A stretch of DNA of 64,000 nucleotides from Oceanispirochaeta sp. (GTDB taxonomy: Bacteria > Spirochaetota > Spirochaetia > DSM-2461): positions 2,400,001 to 2,464,000 of the forward strand of contig CAXXOA010000001.1 of assembly GCA_963666275.2 (NCBI GenBank), read 5' to 3'. This document shows positions 40,355-50,215 of the stretch, piece by piece (the first letter of the stretch is position 1; each line of letters starts with the position of its first letter). The notes under the pieces were generated by a model. That model was not told the DNA's origin. It saw nothing but the letters and a program-made list of their open reading frames with translations, and did not search any database. The position numbers and the translations under genes are program-made.

Positions 40355-40361
40355 AAAAGCT

Positions 40362-41762
40362 TTATTTCGGAGCTTTGTAACCGGTCAGGCCGTCGGTCAG
40401 CCTTTCCAGTTCCATCCCCCTGGAACCTTTTAACAGAACCAGATCCCCCGCTGCAACGTATTCCATCACTGCGGTTTTCAGCTCCTGAAAATCGGTGGTA
40501 TGAAAAACAGCCCTTCCCTGACGCTTCAAAGCCTCAAAAGCTGCTTTCATCTCAGAACCGAAGAGAAAGATTCTTTCCGCCTCGACCCTTTCCAGAGAGT
40601 CCGCCAGTGAGGCATGAGCCCCGGGACTCTCTTCTCCCAGTTCCAGCATGTCTCCGAGAACCAGAACGCGTCTCCCCACAGTCGGCATGGAGGACACCAT
40701 TCTGACCGAAGCCAGCACGGAATCAGGATTGGCATTGTAACAGTCCTGCACCACAGTGATAGAACCCTTGAGGATCTGGGACCGTCCGAAGGATGCGGTC
40801 ATACCCGCCATCCCCTCCTGAATACAGGAAACCGGAACGCCCAGATACCGGGCCACTTTTATAGCAGCCAGAGCGTTCTGAAGATTGTGTTTTCCCGGAA
40901 GAGGTACGGCTATCGTATAGTCGGCATACTCAAGCTCATACCCTTCAAGGCCCTTATCCGCAATATTCAGAAGCCCCTCTTCGGACCTCTCACCAAAACT
41001 GTACAGGGTACCCCGAAGGTGCTCTGTCAGAACAGACATAAAACCTTCATTTTCATAAAGAAAAGCGGCATTTTCGGGACCGAAACCGGAAAAGATTTTC
41101 CGTTTTTCCTCGGCTATTTTCCTCTGGCTTCCCAGATGCCCGATATGAGCTCTTCCTATATTTGTTATCACCGCCAGATCCGGTCTGGCTACGGCTTTCA
41201 GTATATCCATTTCACCGATATGGTTGATTCCCATTTCAAGAACCGCATAATCATAGTTGCCTTTCATCCGGAGGACCGTCAGAGGCAGGCCTATTTCCGA
41301 ATTCAGATTCCCCGGATTCTTATAGGTCGGCTTATGCAGACTCAGAATGGAAGCAATCATCTCTTTTGTGGTGGTTTTCCCGTTACTGCCGGTAATACCG
41401 ATCACTTTCAGAGTGCTGTATTTTTTACGGTGTTCTTCTGCCAGTTTCTGCAGCTGTTTCAGCGTATCATCGACAGGGAAAAACAGCACACCATAGCGCT
41501 GTACCCAACCGGTAACGCTTTCAAGATGCTTTTCCGCCCAGGAGCGCATGACAAGTGCAGCACAGCAGCCGTTTTCCAGGGCCGATTCAATATGAAGATG
41601 GCCGTCGGTTCTCTCTCCGATCAGAGGAACGAACAGATTTCTGGGCGCTCCTTTTCTGGAGTCGATACAGACATCCACAGGCTCTACAAACTGCTGACGG
41701 TCTCCGAAAACATGACCGTCGCTGAGAGCCAGAAGATTTGTAAGCTGAAAGGGATTCATCAT
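40362..41762 (-). CDS. murF: UDP-MurNAc-tripeptide:D-Ala-D-Ala ligase MurF
   Basis: GITGSNGKTTTKE, NSEIGLPLT, EMGINHIGEM, DCYNANPDS, LGDMLELG, KGSRG. Confidence 0.97.
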   Translation of the reverse strand: MMNPFQLTNLLALSDGHVFGDRQQFVEPVDVCIDSRKGAPRNLFVPLIGERTDGHLHIESALENGCCAALVMRSWAEKHLESVTGWVQRYGVLFFPVDDTLKQLQKLAEEHRKKYSTLKVIGITGSNGKTTTKEMIASILSLHKPTYKNPGNLNSEIGLPLTVLRMKGNYDYAVLEMGINHIGEMDILKAVARPDLAVITNIGRAHIGHLGSQRKIAEEKRKIFSGFGPENAAFLYENEGFMSVLTEHLRGTLYSFGERSEEGLLNIADKGLEGYELEYADYTIAVPLPGKHNLQNALAAIKVARYLGVPVSCIQEGMAGMTASFGRSQILKGSITVVQDCYNANPDSVLASVRMVSSMPTVGRRVLVLGDMLELGEESPGAHASLADSLERVEAERIFLFGSEMKAAFEALKRQGRAVFHTTDFQELKTAVMEYVAAGDLVLLKGSRGMELERLTDGLTGYKAPK

Positions 41763-42034
41763 GGATTGTCCCTCACAACATGCACAACATCTTCCGGTTC
41801 CAGTTTATCAAGCCCCAGGTCCTTCTCTGCCAGCTCGCCCACTCTGGAAGGAGAGCTGTAAACAGCCAGGGCCGCCAGGGCTCTTTTATTTTTCTCAAGC
41901 ATCTCTATCTGCTGTTCCTGCAGCCTGACCAAAGCTTCCTGTACCTGCTGATACCGATAACTCTGCCAGATATTCAGGCAGAGCATGGCAGGGAACAGGA
42001 GCAGCATAGCCAGAGAAAGGATTTTTTTAGCCAT
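41759..42034 (-). CDS. ftsL: Cell division protein FtsL-like
   Basis: TM helix plus leucine-zipper coiled coil, SSPSRV..LA..LGL; follows rsmH. Confidence 0.8.
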   Translation of the reverse strand: MAKKILSLAMLLLFPAMLCLNIWQSYRYQQVQEALVRLQEQQIEMLEKNKRALAALAVYSSPSRVGELAEKDLGLDKLEPEDVVHVVRDNP

Positions 42035-43001
42035 TTTGCCCTCCCTTCCCTATACGGATGGAGGGTTCGGCGATTTTCTCCGCCACCCGGAGCTTGGCAC
42101 TTCGGGAGGGAGAGTTTTCCCTGATTTCCTCAGACGAGGGGACTACAGGTTTTTTTGTCAGGATATTCACGATCCTGTTATCAGATCCGCAAACACAGCG
42201 GGGAACATCGGGGTGACAGATACACTGCCTGTTAAGATCCTTAAAATACTGTTTGACTATCCGGTCTTCCAGGGAATGAAAAGTGATAACACCCACTCTG
42301 CCGCCGGGATTCAGGGCTTCTACGACCCCTTCCAGTGTCTTTTTCAGCCTGTCCAGTTCAGAGTTCACTTCAATCCTGATGGCCTGGAATGTTCTTGTAG
42401 CAGGATGGATCCTCCCATGCCTGTAATTTCCCGGTACGGAATTGAAAACAATATCTGCCAGCTGCGAAGCAGACCGGACGGGAGAGACAGACCGTTCCCT
42501 TACAATCGCCGATGCGATCCGCCTGGAATACCTCTCTTCGCCGTAACGGTAGATGAGGTCAGCCAGATCCTTTTCACTGTACTCATTCACAACAACTTCC
42601 GCCGACAGAGGATTGTCTTTATCCAGACGCATATCCAGAGGTTCATCCTTCTGAAAGGTGAAGCCGCGGCCGCTTTTCTCATAATGGAATATGGAAATCC
42701 CCAGATCCATCAGAACTCTGTCGGGCTTCACACTTCCCTGATAGGGATCGAAATAGGCATCAAACCAGGTATTTACAAAGTTGACACGGTCTCCGAAGGG
42801 AGCCAGCCGCTCACGGGCAACAGCCTGAATGGATTTATCAGCATCCAGACCTAAAACATCCAGCCGGGGAAAGCGCTTCAGAAATTCCTCAGAGTGCCCC
42901 CCCTCTCCCATGGTGCAGTCAATAAGGAGCTGCCCATCTTCAGAAGGAGCCAGAAAAGAGGTTACTTCATTTTTCATGATCGAATAATGAACATATTTCA
43001 T
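42027..43001 (-). CDS. rsmH: 16S rRNA m4C1402 methyltransferase RsmH (MraW)
   Basis: DCTMGEGGHS, DLGIS, PLDMR, HPATRTFQAIRIEVN, FHSLEDRIVK, SRSAKLR. Confidence 0.98.
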   Translation of the reverse strand: MKYVHYSIMKNEVTSFLAPSEDGQLLIDCTMGEGGHSEEFLKRFPRLDVLGLDADKSIQAVARERLAPFGDRVNFVNTWFDAYFDPYQGSVKPDRVLMDLGISIFHYEKSGRGFTFQKDEPLDMRLDKDNPLSAEVVVNEYSEKDLADLIYRYGEERYSRRIASAIVRERSVSPVRSASQLADIVFNSVPGNYRHGRIHPATRTFQAIRIEVNSELDRLKKTLEGVVEALNPGGRVGVITFHSLEDRIVKQYFKDLNRQCICHPDVPRCVCGSDNRIVNILTKKPVVPSSEEIRENSPSRSAKLRVAEKIAEPSIRIGKGGQNG

Positions 43002-43004
43002 AAG

Positions 43005-43463
43005 CTAAAAATTTAAATCCCCCATATCAGCCAGACTGTTCCAGCCTTCTTTAACAGAAGCCGCACAGGCTTCTTCATACTCTTCATATTTTCTCTCATC
43101 CCAGATTTCCACATGGTCATCCATTCCGATGAGATAACAGTCCCTCAAAAGCCCCACAGACTTCATCAGAGAGGGAAGGAGCTTTACCCTCCCGCTTTTA
43201 TCGACAGGAATTTCCTCTGCCGGGGCAATCAGACGGCGGTAAATCTGCTGTGACTGTTCCTTAAAAAGGGAGTTTTTCGCCGTGAGGGCTGCCACAAGCT
43301 TATCCCATCGTTCAACAGGAAAGAGCCAGAGACAGTTTTCCACACTCTTTGTCAGGACAAGACTCTCCACAGGCAGCTGATTCCTCAGCTTTGAAGGAAG
43401 CATCAATCGGCCTTTTTCATCAAGAGTTCCATTAAACTGTCCTCTAATTCCCTTTATTTCCAC
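43005..43463 (-). CDS. mraZ: Transcriptional regulator MraZ
   Basis: Two DxKGR motifs (LDEKGRLMLP, VDKSGRV), HVEIWD; first gene of the dcw cluster. Confidence 0.95.
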   Translation of the reverse strand: MEIKGIRGQFNGTLDEKGRLMLPSKLRNQLPVESLVLTKSVENCLWLFPVERWDKLVAALTAKNSLFKEQSQQIYRRLIAPAEEIPVDKSGRVKLLPSLMKSVGLLRDCYLIGMDDHVEIWDERKYEEYEEACAASVKEGWNSLADMGDLNF

Positions 43464-43503
43464 AACTTCCTACAATTTACCACTAATTACCACATGTTTC
43501 CAT
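43460..43503 (-). promoter_or_regulatory. MraZ operator: five GTGG-like boxes at 10-bp period
   Basis: - strand ATGGaaacat GTGGtaatta GTGGtaaatt GTAGgaagtt GTGG; the last box is the GTG start codon. Confidence 0.8.
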
Positions 43504-43530
43504 CTTAAGTATAGAAATTTGTATTGTCAA
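43502..43530 (-). promoter_or_regulatory. sigma70 promoter of the dcw cluster
   Basis: - strand TTGACA-N17-TAAGAT. Confidence 0.75.
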
Positions 43531-43604
43531 CAAGGATTCAGAAAGAGAGAAGGCTAATTATTAAATAGACAGAAAAGTGGTACACATCTGTTTAGTTGAG
43601 GGGT

Positions 43605-43639
43605 AAAAAAAAGCTCCGGATTGTATTCCGGAGCAAAAA
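43605..43639 (-). terminator. Rho-independent terminator after the GH57 branching enzyme gene
   Basis: - strand GCTCCGGA-atacaa-TCCGGAGC followed by T8. Confidence 0.85.
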
Positions 43640-43681
43640 TGATCATTATTTTTCTCTACAGCTGCTGCAGAAAGAAGGTCC

Positions 43682-45286
43682 CTACTCTTTTTTAAAGATC
43701 CTGTAATCCAGAAAGGGAAAAATATTATCCTTCTTTTCTAGCTTGGTCAGCCATTCGGTCTTAATCGTATTCCGCGACAGGGAATCGTAGATATAGTTGA
43801 AATTGTGAATATGGGTTTTAATCCTTTTTCTGGCATATGGGACCATTGTCCCCGCTTTCATAATAAAAGGCCAGTCAGAAGCCTGGGAAAGCAGCACTTC
43901 CCTGGCGGCCTGATTCAGAGTCCTCTCTTTCAGTCCCTTCTCATCGGGAAACCGTTCCACCAGCTCTTCCATCCGCTCAATAAGTTTGTGGGTATGTCTG
44001 TAGATCCAGTCATTGCTTCCGTCAAGCCATACCTGACCGTACCCTTTATCTCCCCAGCTTGCAAAAGCCGGTTTGGTCACCTGATTGTCGGGAAACGCTT
44101 TCAGATAATCCGTAGGGGTCACCAGAGCCAGCTCAGAAGACTGAGCAGCCACTTCCCTGATTACTGCTTCCAGAAAATCGGGCCCTTCAAACCACCAGTG
44201 GCCGAAAAGCTCCGCATCATAGGGAGCGGCGATAACAGGAGGTCTGTTCATATACTCCGCCAGGGTTTCGCACTGGCGGATTCTGTTCTCCACAAAAGAC
44301 TTTGCATGCTCTACCGCTTTTTCCTGCGCCGCCTCGGGAATATAGTACTCTTTCTGGTCTGTATCACCAGTAATGGCATGATACTTGAACCCTGTATTGA
44401 CCCGGTTTACACCGTCATTGATATAGGGGCCAATATAATCCAGAGGAAGATCAAAACCGATATCCCTGTAAAAATCCCTGTAGGCGGGATCTCCGGGATA
44501 ACCGTCGATTGCCGACCAGACAGCTCTTGAGGAGGCTCTGTCCCGGGCGAATGTGGCGATCCCGTTGGGACACTGCACGGGAGCATAAACCCCGTGGACC
44601 GGTCTGTCTTCAGAATAGAGAAGACCATGGGCGGAGGATATAAAATACTTCACGCCGTAGGGCTTCAGATACTCTTCCACTCCGGGGAAATAGCCGCACT
44701 CAGGAAGCCAGACACCTTCGGGCATCCTGGAAAAGATCCTGTCATGAGATTCCACACCGGTCATGATCTGGGACTTCAGCATGGAAGGATAGGACTGATA
44801 ATGGGGAAGAAAAGCATGGGTAGCGCAGGTCGTTATCAGTTCCAGGTATCCTGTATCCTGATAGTATTTGATTTTTTTCAGGATATTCCTGTTATGAACA
44901 TCCTCAAACTCCCGGAGGTTTCTTGTAAAAAACTCTTTATACATAATCGAAAGCTTCAGAACTTCCGGATCCTTTCTGTTCCGTTCCAGTTCTTTGTCAG
45001 CCAGCTCAATCAGAAGAGTCAGATGATCCACATAGCGCTGCATCAGAAGTTCATCCTGAAGCATGTGTGTAAGGGTGGGAGAAAGAGAGAGTGTCAGTCT
45101 GAAGGGGATTCCGTCAGTTTCAAGGCGTTCAAAAACCCTCAGCATGGGCAGATATGTTTCTGAAATAGCTTCAAAAAGCCAGACCTCTTCCAGGAAAGTG
45201 TCATATTCCGGATGCCTGACAAAAGGGAGATGCATATGCAGGATAAACGAAATCAATCCCTTTTTATTCTTCAGCGATTCAATCAT
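43682..45286 (-). CDS. GH57 1,4-alpha-glucan branching enzyme (with DUF1957 domain)
   Basis: LHMHLPFV, WLFEAISETYLP, THAFLP, WLPECGY (Glu nucleophile), PYDAELFGHWWFEG (Asp), QASDWPF; likely start ATG 45286 coupled to the upstream stop. Confidence 0.92.
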   Translation of the reverse strand: MIESLKNKKGLISFILHMHLPFVRHPEYDTFLEEVWLFEAISETYLPMLRVFERLETDGIPFRLTLSLSPTLTHMLQDELLMQRYVDHLTLLIELADKELERNRKDPEVLKLSIMYKEFFTRNLREFEDVHNRNILKKIKYYQDTGYLELITTCATHAFLPHYQSYPSMLKSQIMTGVESHDRIFSRMPEGVWLPECGYFPGVEEYLKPYGVKYFISSAHGLLYSEDRPVHGVYAPVQCPNGIATFARDRASSRAVWSAIDGYPGDPAYRDFYRDIGFDLPLDYIGPYINDGVNRVNTGFKYHAITGDTDQKEYYIPEAAQEKAVEHAKSFVENRIRQCETLAEYMNRPPVIAAPYDAELFGHWWFEGPDFLEAVIREVAAQSSELALVTPTDYLKAFPDNQVTKPAFASWGDKGYGQVWLDGSNDWIYRHTHKLIERMEELVERFPDEKGLKERTLNQAAREVLLSQASDWPFIMKAGTMVPYARKRIKTHIHNFNYIYDSLSRNTIKTEWLTKLEKKDNIFPFLDYRIFKKE

Positions 45287-46028
45287 TAAACTGTTCCTCA
45301 TCGATGAGATCGTGTATAGGTATAATTCTCTGGGGGATATCCTGATAACCGGAAACCCCGTGGGCATCTCCGAATTCTGCAGAAAACCCCGAAAGGCGTA
45401 TCAATTCACTGCTGCTTGAAATATCATTTTCATGAGGAGCCGTCACATATTCCCTGGTTGTTTCAATAATATTGGAACGGACAATCAGATAGTCCTTGTC
45501 ATCCACGAGAGCCCGGACTTCGGCGCAGTAAAAAGTGTCTTCACTGGGAAGGTTGACATAGCGTCTGAAATCCACGGATTTTATGGGGATATCAAAGTAG
45601 TCAAGCACAGCGTCCTTGTCGTATTCAGCGGAATCCAGCTCGACAATCCTGAAAATAAGACCTTTGTAACCGGGAGTATTTTCAACCTCTTCCAGCTTCT
45701 TATCCTCCAGATCCCAGTAACAGAATATCCAGGAGGGATCCCGCAGAAGAACGGTGATCTTTGTTTCGTTGTACCGGAGAGGAAGCTCCAGATCGTCTTC
45801 CGTATCCAGATCGATCTCCTCATCCTGACAGATGGAAAATTTCCTGGATTCCATCTGAATGGCCAGATTATGAAGCTCTTCTCTTTCGATCCGGTCCTCT
45901 TCATAAGCATCAATCAGAATATTGATAAGAGTGTCCTTATCAACGCCGGGTGTAACAAGAACATTCGATCTGTTGGAGATTTCAATCAATTGTTCATAAG
46001 TGAATGAATGAAGGCGTTCTTTTGTCAT
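45279..46028 (-). CDS. DUF4912-domain protein with a small N-terminal helical domain
   Basis: LPLRYNETKITVLLRDPSWIFCYWD..IVRSNII motif; directly upstream of the GH57 gene. Confidence 0.8.
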   Translation of the reverse strand: MTKERLHSFTYEQLIEISNRSNVLVTPGVDKDTLINILIDAYEEDRIEREELHNLAIQMESRKFSICQDEEIDLDTEDDLELPLRYNETKITVLLRDPSWIFCYWDLEDKKLEEVENTPGYKGLIFRIVELDSAEYDKDAVLDYFDIPIKSVDFRRYVNLPSEDTFYCAEVRALVDDKDYLIVRSNIIETTREYVTAPHENDISSSSELIRLSGFSAEFGDAHGVSGYQDIPQRIIPIHDLIDEEQFND

Positions 46029-46168
46029 TTAATACCTATTCCAATTTTGATCTGTTAATCGTAGGAAAAATGCTAAAACAATGTCAAGGGTATCAAGTTA
46101 CGGATTTTATCTCTATCTACTACAATGACTGTTTACAAGAATAGCGCTTTTCCGTCAATATATTCATT

Positions 46169-48496
46169 ATGAAAACCATAATAATCCATGGGCATTTTTA
46201 CCAGCCCCCCAGGGAAAACCCCTGGACTGGCATGATTGAAGATCAGCCTAGTGCGGCTCCCTATAATAACTGGAATCAGAGGATTCAGGAAGAGTGTTAC
46301 GAATCCAATGGCTGGTCTCCGGTCCTGGATGCCCGGGGAAAGACCAGCTGTATTCTGAATAACTACGAATACCTATCCTTCAATTTCGGTCCGACCCTCC
46401 TCTCCTGGATCAGAGACCACGCCCCTCTGACCTACGAAAAAATTCTGCAGGGAGACAAAAACAGCCGTATCCGAAACAATGGACACGGCAATGCCCTTGC
46501 TCAGGTATATAACCATATTATTATGCCTCTGGCAACAGAGAAAGACCGGCTCACGCAAATTGAGTGGGGAATTAAAGACTTTCAGCACCACTTCTCCCAG
46601 GATCCCGAAGGGATGTGGCTGGCTGAAACTGCCATCCATCCGGAAACTGCCAATGAGCTTGTAAAATCCGGTATCAAATATACGGTTCTCTCTCCCTGGC
46701 AGGCTAAAAGCCTCCTCAGACCGGGAAAAGAGGCCATACCTGCGGACAACTCCCCCGATCTCTGGAAAAAGCCCTGGACCCTCTCCTGCCCCGACGGAGA
46801 GCTCACAGTGTTCTTCTATCACCCGGGTCTGTCCAGCGATATTTCTTTCCAGCACCTGCTCAGGGATGCCAACAACTTTTACGGCAGAGTCACCAGGGAG
46901 CTGACGGGAGACTGGAGCCAGCTGCCCATTGCCACAGACGGGGAAATCTACGGACACCATGAAAAACTCGGTAACATGGGACTTTCCGCCTTTCTTGCCA
47001 AAGTGGAAGACGAACCCTCTCTTAAAATGGGGAATTTCGGAGCCATCATGAACGAAACATCCCCGGAAGGGCATGTGCTCCTCCATGAAGGAGAAGCGGA
47101 AAAGGGTTCATCCTGGAGCTGTTCTCACGGCGTTTCCCGCTGGTACAAGGACTGCGGATGCCATACAGGCAGCCAGAGCGGATGGAACCAGAAATGGCGC
47201 TCCCCTCTGCGGGAAGGCTTCGACAGGCTTTCGGGAGAAATCGACAGGATCTACCGGAAAGGGATGAGCAGGCTGAGCAGAAAAGACCCCTGGGAGATCC
47301 GCAACAGATACATTCAGGTGCTGCTGAACCCCGGCAGAGCAGAAGATTTTTATGAAGAATACAGCTCCGGAAAAAGGTCTCCCAGTGACAAACTCCTGTT
47401 TTTCAGACTTCTGGAAGGGCAGAAATTCAAACTTTTCATGTTCACCTCCTGCGGATGGTTTTTCTCGGATATTTCCGGCCTGGAACCGGTGCAGAACATG
47501 ATGTATGCAGCCCGTGTCATAGACTTATACTCTCCCTTTTTTACATCCTCACCGGAAAACCTCCTCCTGGAATACCTGGCGGAAGCGGAAAGCAACATCA
47601 AAGCAAAAGGCAACGGCGCCGTCCTCTATACAAGCCGCAAGTTCGAACTTATGAAGGAACGGTATAAAATGGCAGCCTGGATGATACTCAACCGTTTCTA
47701 CTCTCTTACCGAACCGGAGCAGAAAAGAGGCTTTTATCATACAGAAAAGTATGAAATTGAGAAAACAGATGAGTATCTTTACAGCGGAAATATTGTACTG
47801 AAAAACTATTACACCCTCACCACAGAGGTATATTTCTTTGAAATTGAAGCGGAAAACAGGCTTTTTTCCCGGCTGACCATTCATCAGGGAGAAAGATCCC
47901 AGAGCCTCACTCCTGAAGATCTGCCCCTCAGACTGAAAAAAAGCCTTCTGAAAGCCCTCTCAGTATCCAGAACTACAGATTCCACCATGATCAGTGAACG
48001 CTTCAATGATACGGTGACCCAGCTGAATGAGATGATGCAGCTCCGGGCCACAGAAAACAGTTCCCTGAAAGACACTCTCAACGCCCTGCTCTATTACACC
48101 CTCCGTGAGATCACCTATATGATGGAAAAGAACATTGAAGGATCCTGGGAAAATTTCAGTGAGATCATCCGGACTGCCATGAGCAGAGGGATAGAACTGC
48201 CGGAGGATCTATCCTTCTGGATGCAGGAAATCCTGGAACTGAAAATCATGAAGTGGAGATTGAAACCTGTCCATACAGAACAGGAGTGGCTTAACGCCTA
48301 TAATGGTTTGAAAGTTCTGTTCAATGCCTCGGGAAAAATGCCTGCAAAACCCATCACTCTAGCCCAGACCGGCAAGATTTGCGATGTACTGTTTCAAACG
48401 GATGAGGGAAATGAAGTTCTTGAAAAATCTGCGAAAGATATGACTTCAGACCTGATGAGGGAACTGAACCTGGCCGAAGATTTCCATATGCCCTGA
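46169..48496 (+). CDS. GH57-family glycoside hydrolase with DUF3536
   Basis: IHGHFYQPPRENPW, SFNFGPTLLSW, YNHIIMPLA, GMWLAET, ATDGEIYGHH, WSCSHGVSRW, MFTSCGWFF. Confidence 0.9.
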   Translation: MKTIIIHGHFYQPPRENPWTGMIEDQPSAAPYNNWNQRIQEECYESNGWSPVLDARGKTSCILNNYEYLSFNFGPTLLSWIRDHAPLTYEKILQGDKNSRIRNNGHGNALAQVYNHIIMPLATEKDRLTQIEWGIKDFQHHFSQDPEGMWLAETAIHPETANELVKSGIKYTVLSPWQAKSLLRPGKEAIPADNSPDLWKKPWTLSCPDGELTVFFYHPGLSSDISFQHLLRDANNFYGRVTRELTGDWSQLPIATDGEIYGHHEKLGNMGLSAFLAKVEDEPSLKMGNFGAIMNETSPEGHVLLHEGEAEKGSSWSCSHGVSRWYKDCGCHTGSQSGWNQKWRSPLREGFDRLSGEIDRIYRKGMSRLSRKDPWEIRNRYIQVLLNPGRAEDFYEEYSSGKRSPSDKLLFFRLLEGQKFKLFMFTSCGWFFSDISGLEPVQNMMYAARVIDLYSPFFTSSPENLLLEYLAEAESNIKAKGNGAVLYTSRKFELMKERYKMAAWMILNRFYSLTEPEQKRGFYHTEKYEIEKTDEYLYSGNIVLKNYYTLTTEVYFFEIEAENRLFSRLTIHQGERSQSLTPEDLPLRLKKSLLKALSVSRTTDSTMISERFNDTVTQLNEMMQLRATENSSLKDTLNALLYYTLREITYMMEKNIEGSWENFSEIIRTAMSRGIELPEDLSFWMQEILELKIMKWRLKPVHTEQEWLNAYNGLKVLFNASGKMPAKPITLAQTGKICDVLFQTDEGNEVLEKSAKDMTSDLMRELNLAEDFHMP

Positions 48497-48517
48497 ACCA
48501 GCCCCTCCCCTGAGGAG

Positions 48518-49357
48518 CTACTTCTGAAAGAGAAAAATCATGACGTCGCCCCAGCCCAGGGGCTTAACAAGCCTGTCGGCCGTTTTTTTGAGCCATAAGG
48601 GAGCCGTCCCCATCCCCAGGCCGCCCCAGGTCCTGTGTCTAATGACTCTGAAACCGGCTTTTTCCGCAAGAAGCGGCAGGGTCCTCCGGGAAAACAGAAA
48701 AAGATGATCCGGGATGGCGGAGCGCCACTTTTCCTGAAACAGAAGCGCCTGAAGCCCCAGAGCATTGGGGGTGGTACAGATGTAATACCCTCCGGGTTTC
48801 AGGATACGGTAGATTCCTGCCATAAACTCATCGGGCTGATTGATATGTTCAATCACATGAGAGTTATGGACTATATCAAAACGGTTTTCCTCAAAACCGG
48901 CGTCCTCCAGAGTTCCTATGTGTATGGGGACCTTATGAGTGTTAATACCGAATTCCGCTGCTGGGCGACAAACCTCCACTCCCTGAGCATCCCATCCGGC
49001 TTCCCGGAGAAAAGCCGCCAGACGGCCCGTAGCGCATCCTATATCAAGGAATGACTTCTCATCCCGCCCTGCCATTCCGAGGGAATCAAAACCTATATCC
49101 CGGAGGCCCAGGTGCATCAGATTCAGAAAGGCTTCTTCATTTTGGCGTTCATAATGGAAATACTCTTCATCGTATCGCTCAATGATATCATCCGTCACAG
49201 GCTGAGGATTCTGCAGAAGAAGAGAACACTCTGTGCATCTAACCCAGGAGCTTTCTCCAGTTTCCCAGTGGGGATGAAAAGAATCACTGCCGCAGACCGG
49301 ACAACCTATACGGTCCGACTGCTCCTGTGTTCCCGGTTTTTTGGAAAATGTCTTCAT
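48518..49357 (-). CDS. Class I SAM-dependent methyltransferase with N-terminal CxxC..CxxC
   Basis: CPVC..CTEC; LDIGCATG; SHVIEH; ILKPGG; TTPN. Confidence 0.9.
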   Translation of the reverse strand: MKTFSKKPGTQEQSDRIGCPVCGSDSFHPHWETGESSWVRCTECSLLLQNPQPVTDDIIERYDEEYFHYERQNEEAFLNLMHLGLRDIGFDSLGMAGRDEKSFLDIGCATGRLAAFLREAGWDAQGVEVCRPAAEFGINTHKVPIHIGTLEDAGFEENRFDIVHNSHVIEHINQPDEFMAGIYRILKPGGYYICTTPNALGLQALLFQEKWRSAIPDHLFLFSRRTLPLLAEKAGFRVIRHRTWGGLGMGTAPLWLKKTADRLVKPLGWGDVMIFLFQK

Positions 49358-50215
49358 CTACTGCCTTAATACCCTGAAACTGAAGGTTTCAATACTTTCA
49401 TTGCCGAAAAAATCCTCCATCACGACCTCCAGTGATGCTGTCCCGGAGTTCAATGTTATATCCCCCAGAAAGAGATAGCCGGCGGCATTGAAAACATCCT
49501 CCACAGAAACGCCATCCTGCAGAGCGATGGTATTGTCTCTCTGTACCAGAGAATCCAGGCGCCTTTGCGCCAGAAGGGTCCCAAGGTTATAAAGGGAAAC
49601 AGAAAAAGGCATGACCAGAAGATCATCCCGGGAGCTGAACCTGTCTTCCACATGGAGAAAGGCTTTGTACACACCAGCAGGTACACTCCTGTCGGGTGAA
49701 ATGAGGAATTCTGCGCCGTTTGAATCAACCAGCAGAACCTCTTCCAGCCGGGGGGGAACACTGTCGTTCAGGCCGGGCAGAAGAAGCAGGGGATTTACCA
49801 GACGGCCCAGGCGGGCATCCCTGATGGTGAAACAGTACTCAGATAGCGGGTCCTCTCCTCTGTAGAGATAGTCTGACGGGGAGACACGGTCCGGAAGATC
49901 TTCGACACTCCCCGGAGGCAGCCCCCTGTATATGGACTGAAATCCATTGTCATGCTCCAGTACAAGGAGTGCCGAATCCGTAAAAGGACTGGGACTGAAA
50001 GGATCCGGTTCATATTTGTAGACAACCCGTCCCTGATCAAAAGGATTAACCGTTTCCACCTGTTCAAAAGAGAGCCCTTTAAATACACTGTCTCCCGCAG
50101 GGAGAGCAAATGTACCTGCCAGTCCCCGGGGATCCGAAGGCCACTGAAAGGCAGAGAGCTGAGCAGAGGCCGTAATGAGGAACGATAAAAGCAGAAAAGA
50201 CCGCCGCTTTGACAT
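49358..50215 (-). CDS. Exported protein with degenerate M23/LytM-like fold
   Basis: Signal peptide, FQWP, GRVVY, LLVLEHDNGFQSIYRGL, FTIRD..VNPLLLLP; Zn-ligand motifs absent. Confidence 0.6.
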   Translation of the reverse strand: MSKRRSFLLLSFLITASAQLSAFQWPSDPRGLAGTFALPAGDSVFKGLSFEQVETVNPFDQGRVVYKYEPDPFSPSPFTDSALLVLEHDNGFQSIYRGLPPGSVEDLPDRVSPSDYLYRGEDPLSEYCFTIRDARLGRLVNPLLLLPGLNDSVPPRLEEVLLVDSNGAEFLISPDRSVPAGVYKAFLHVEDRFSSRDDLLVMPFSVSLYNLGTLLAQRRLDSLVQRDNTIALQDGVSVEDVFNAAGYLFLGDITLNSGTASLEVVMEDFFGNESIETFSFRVLRQ

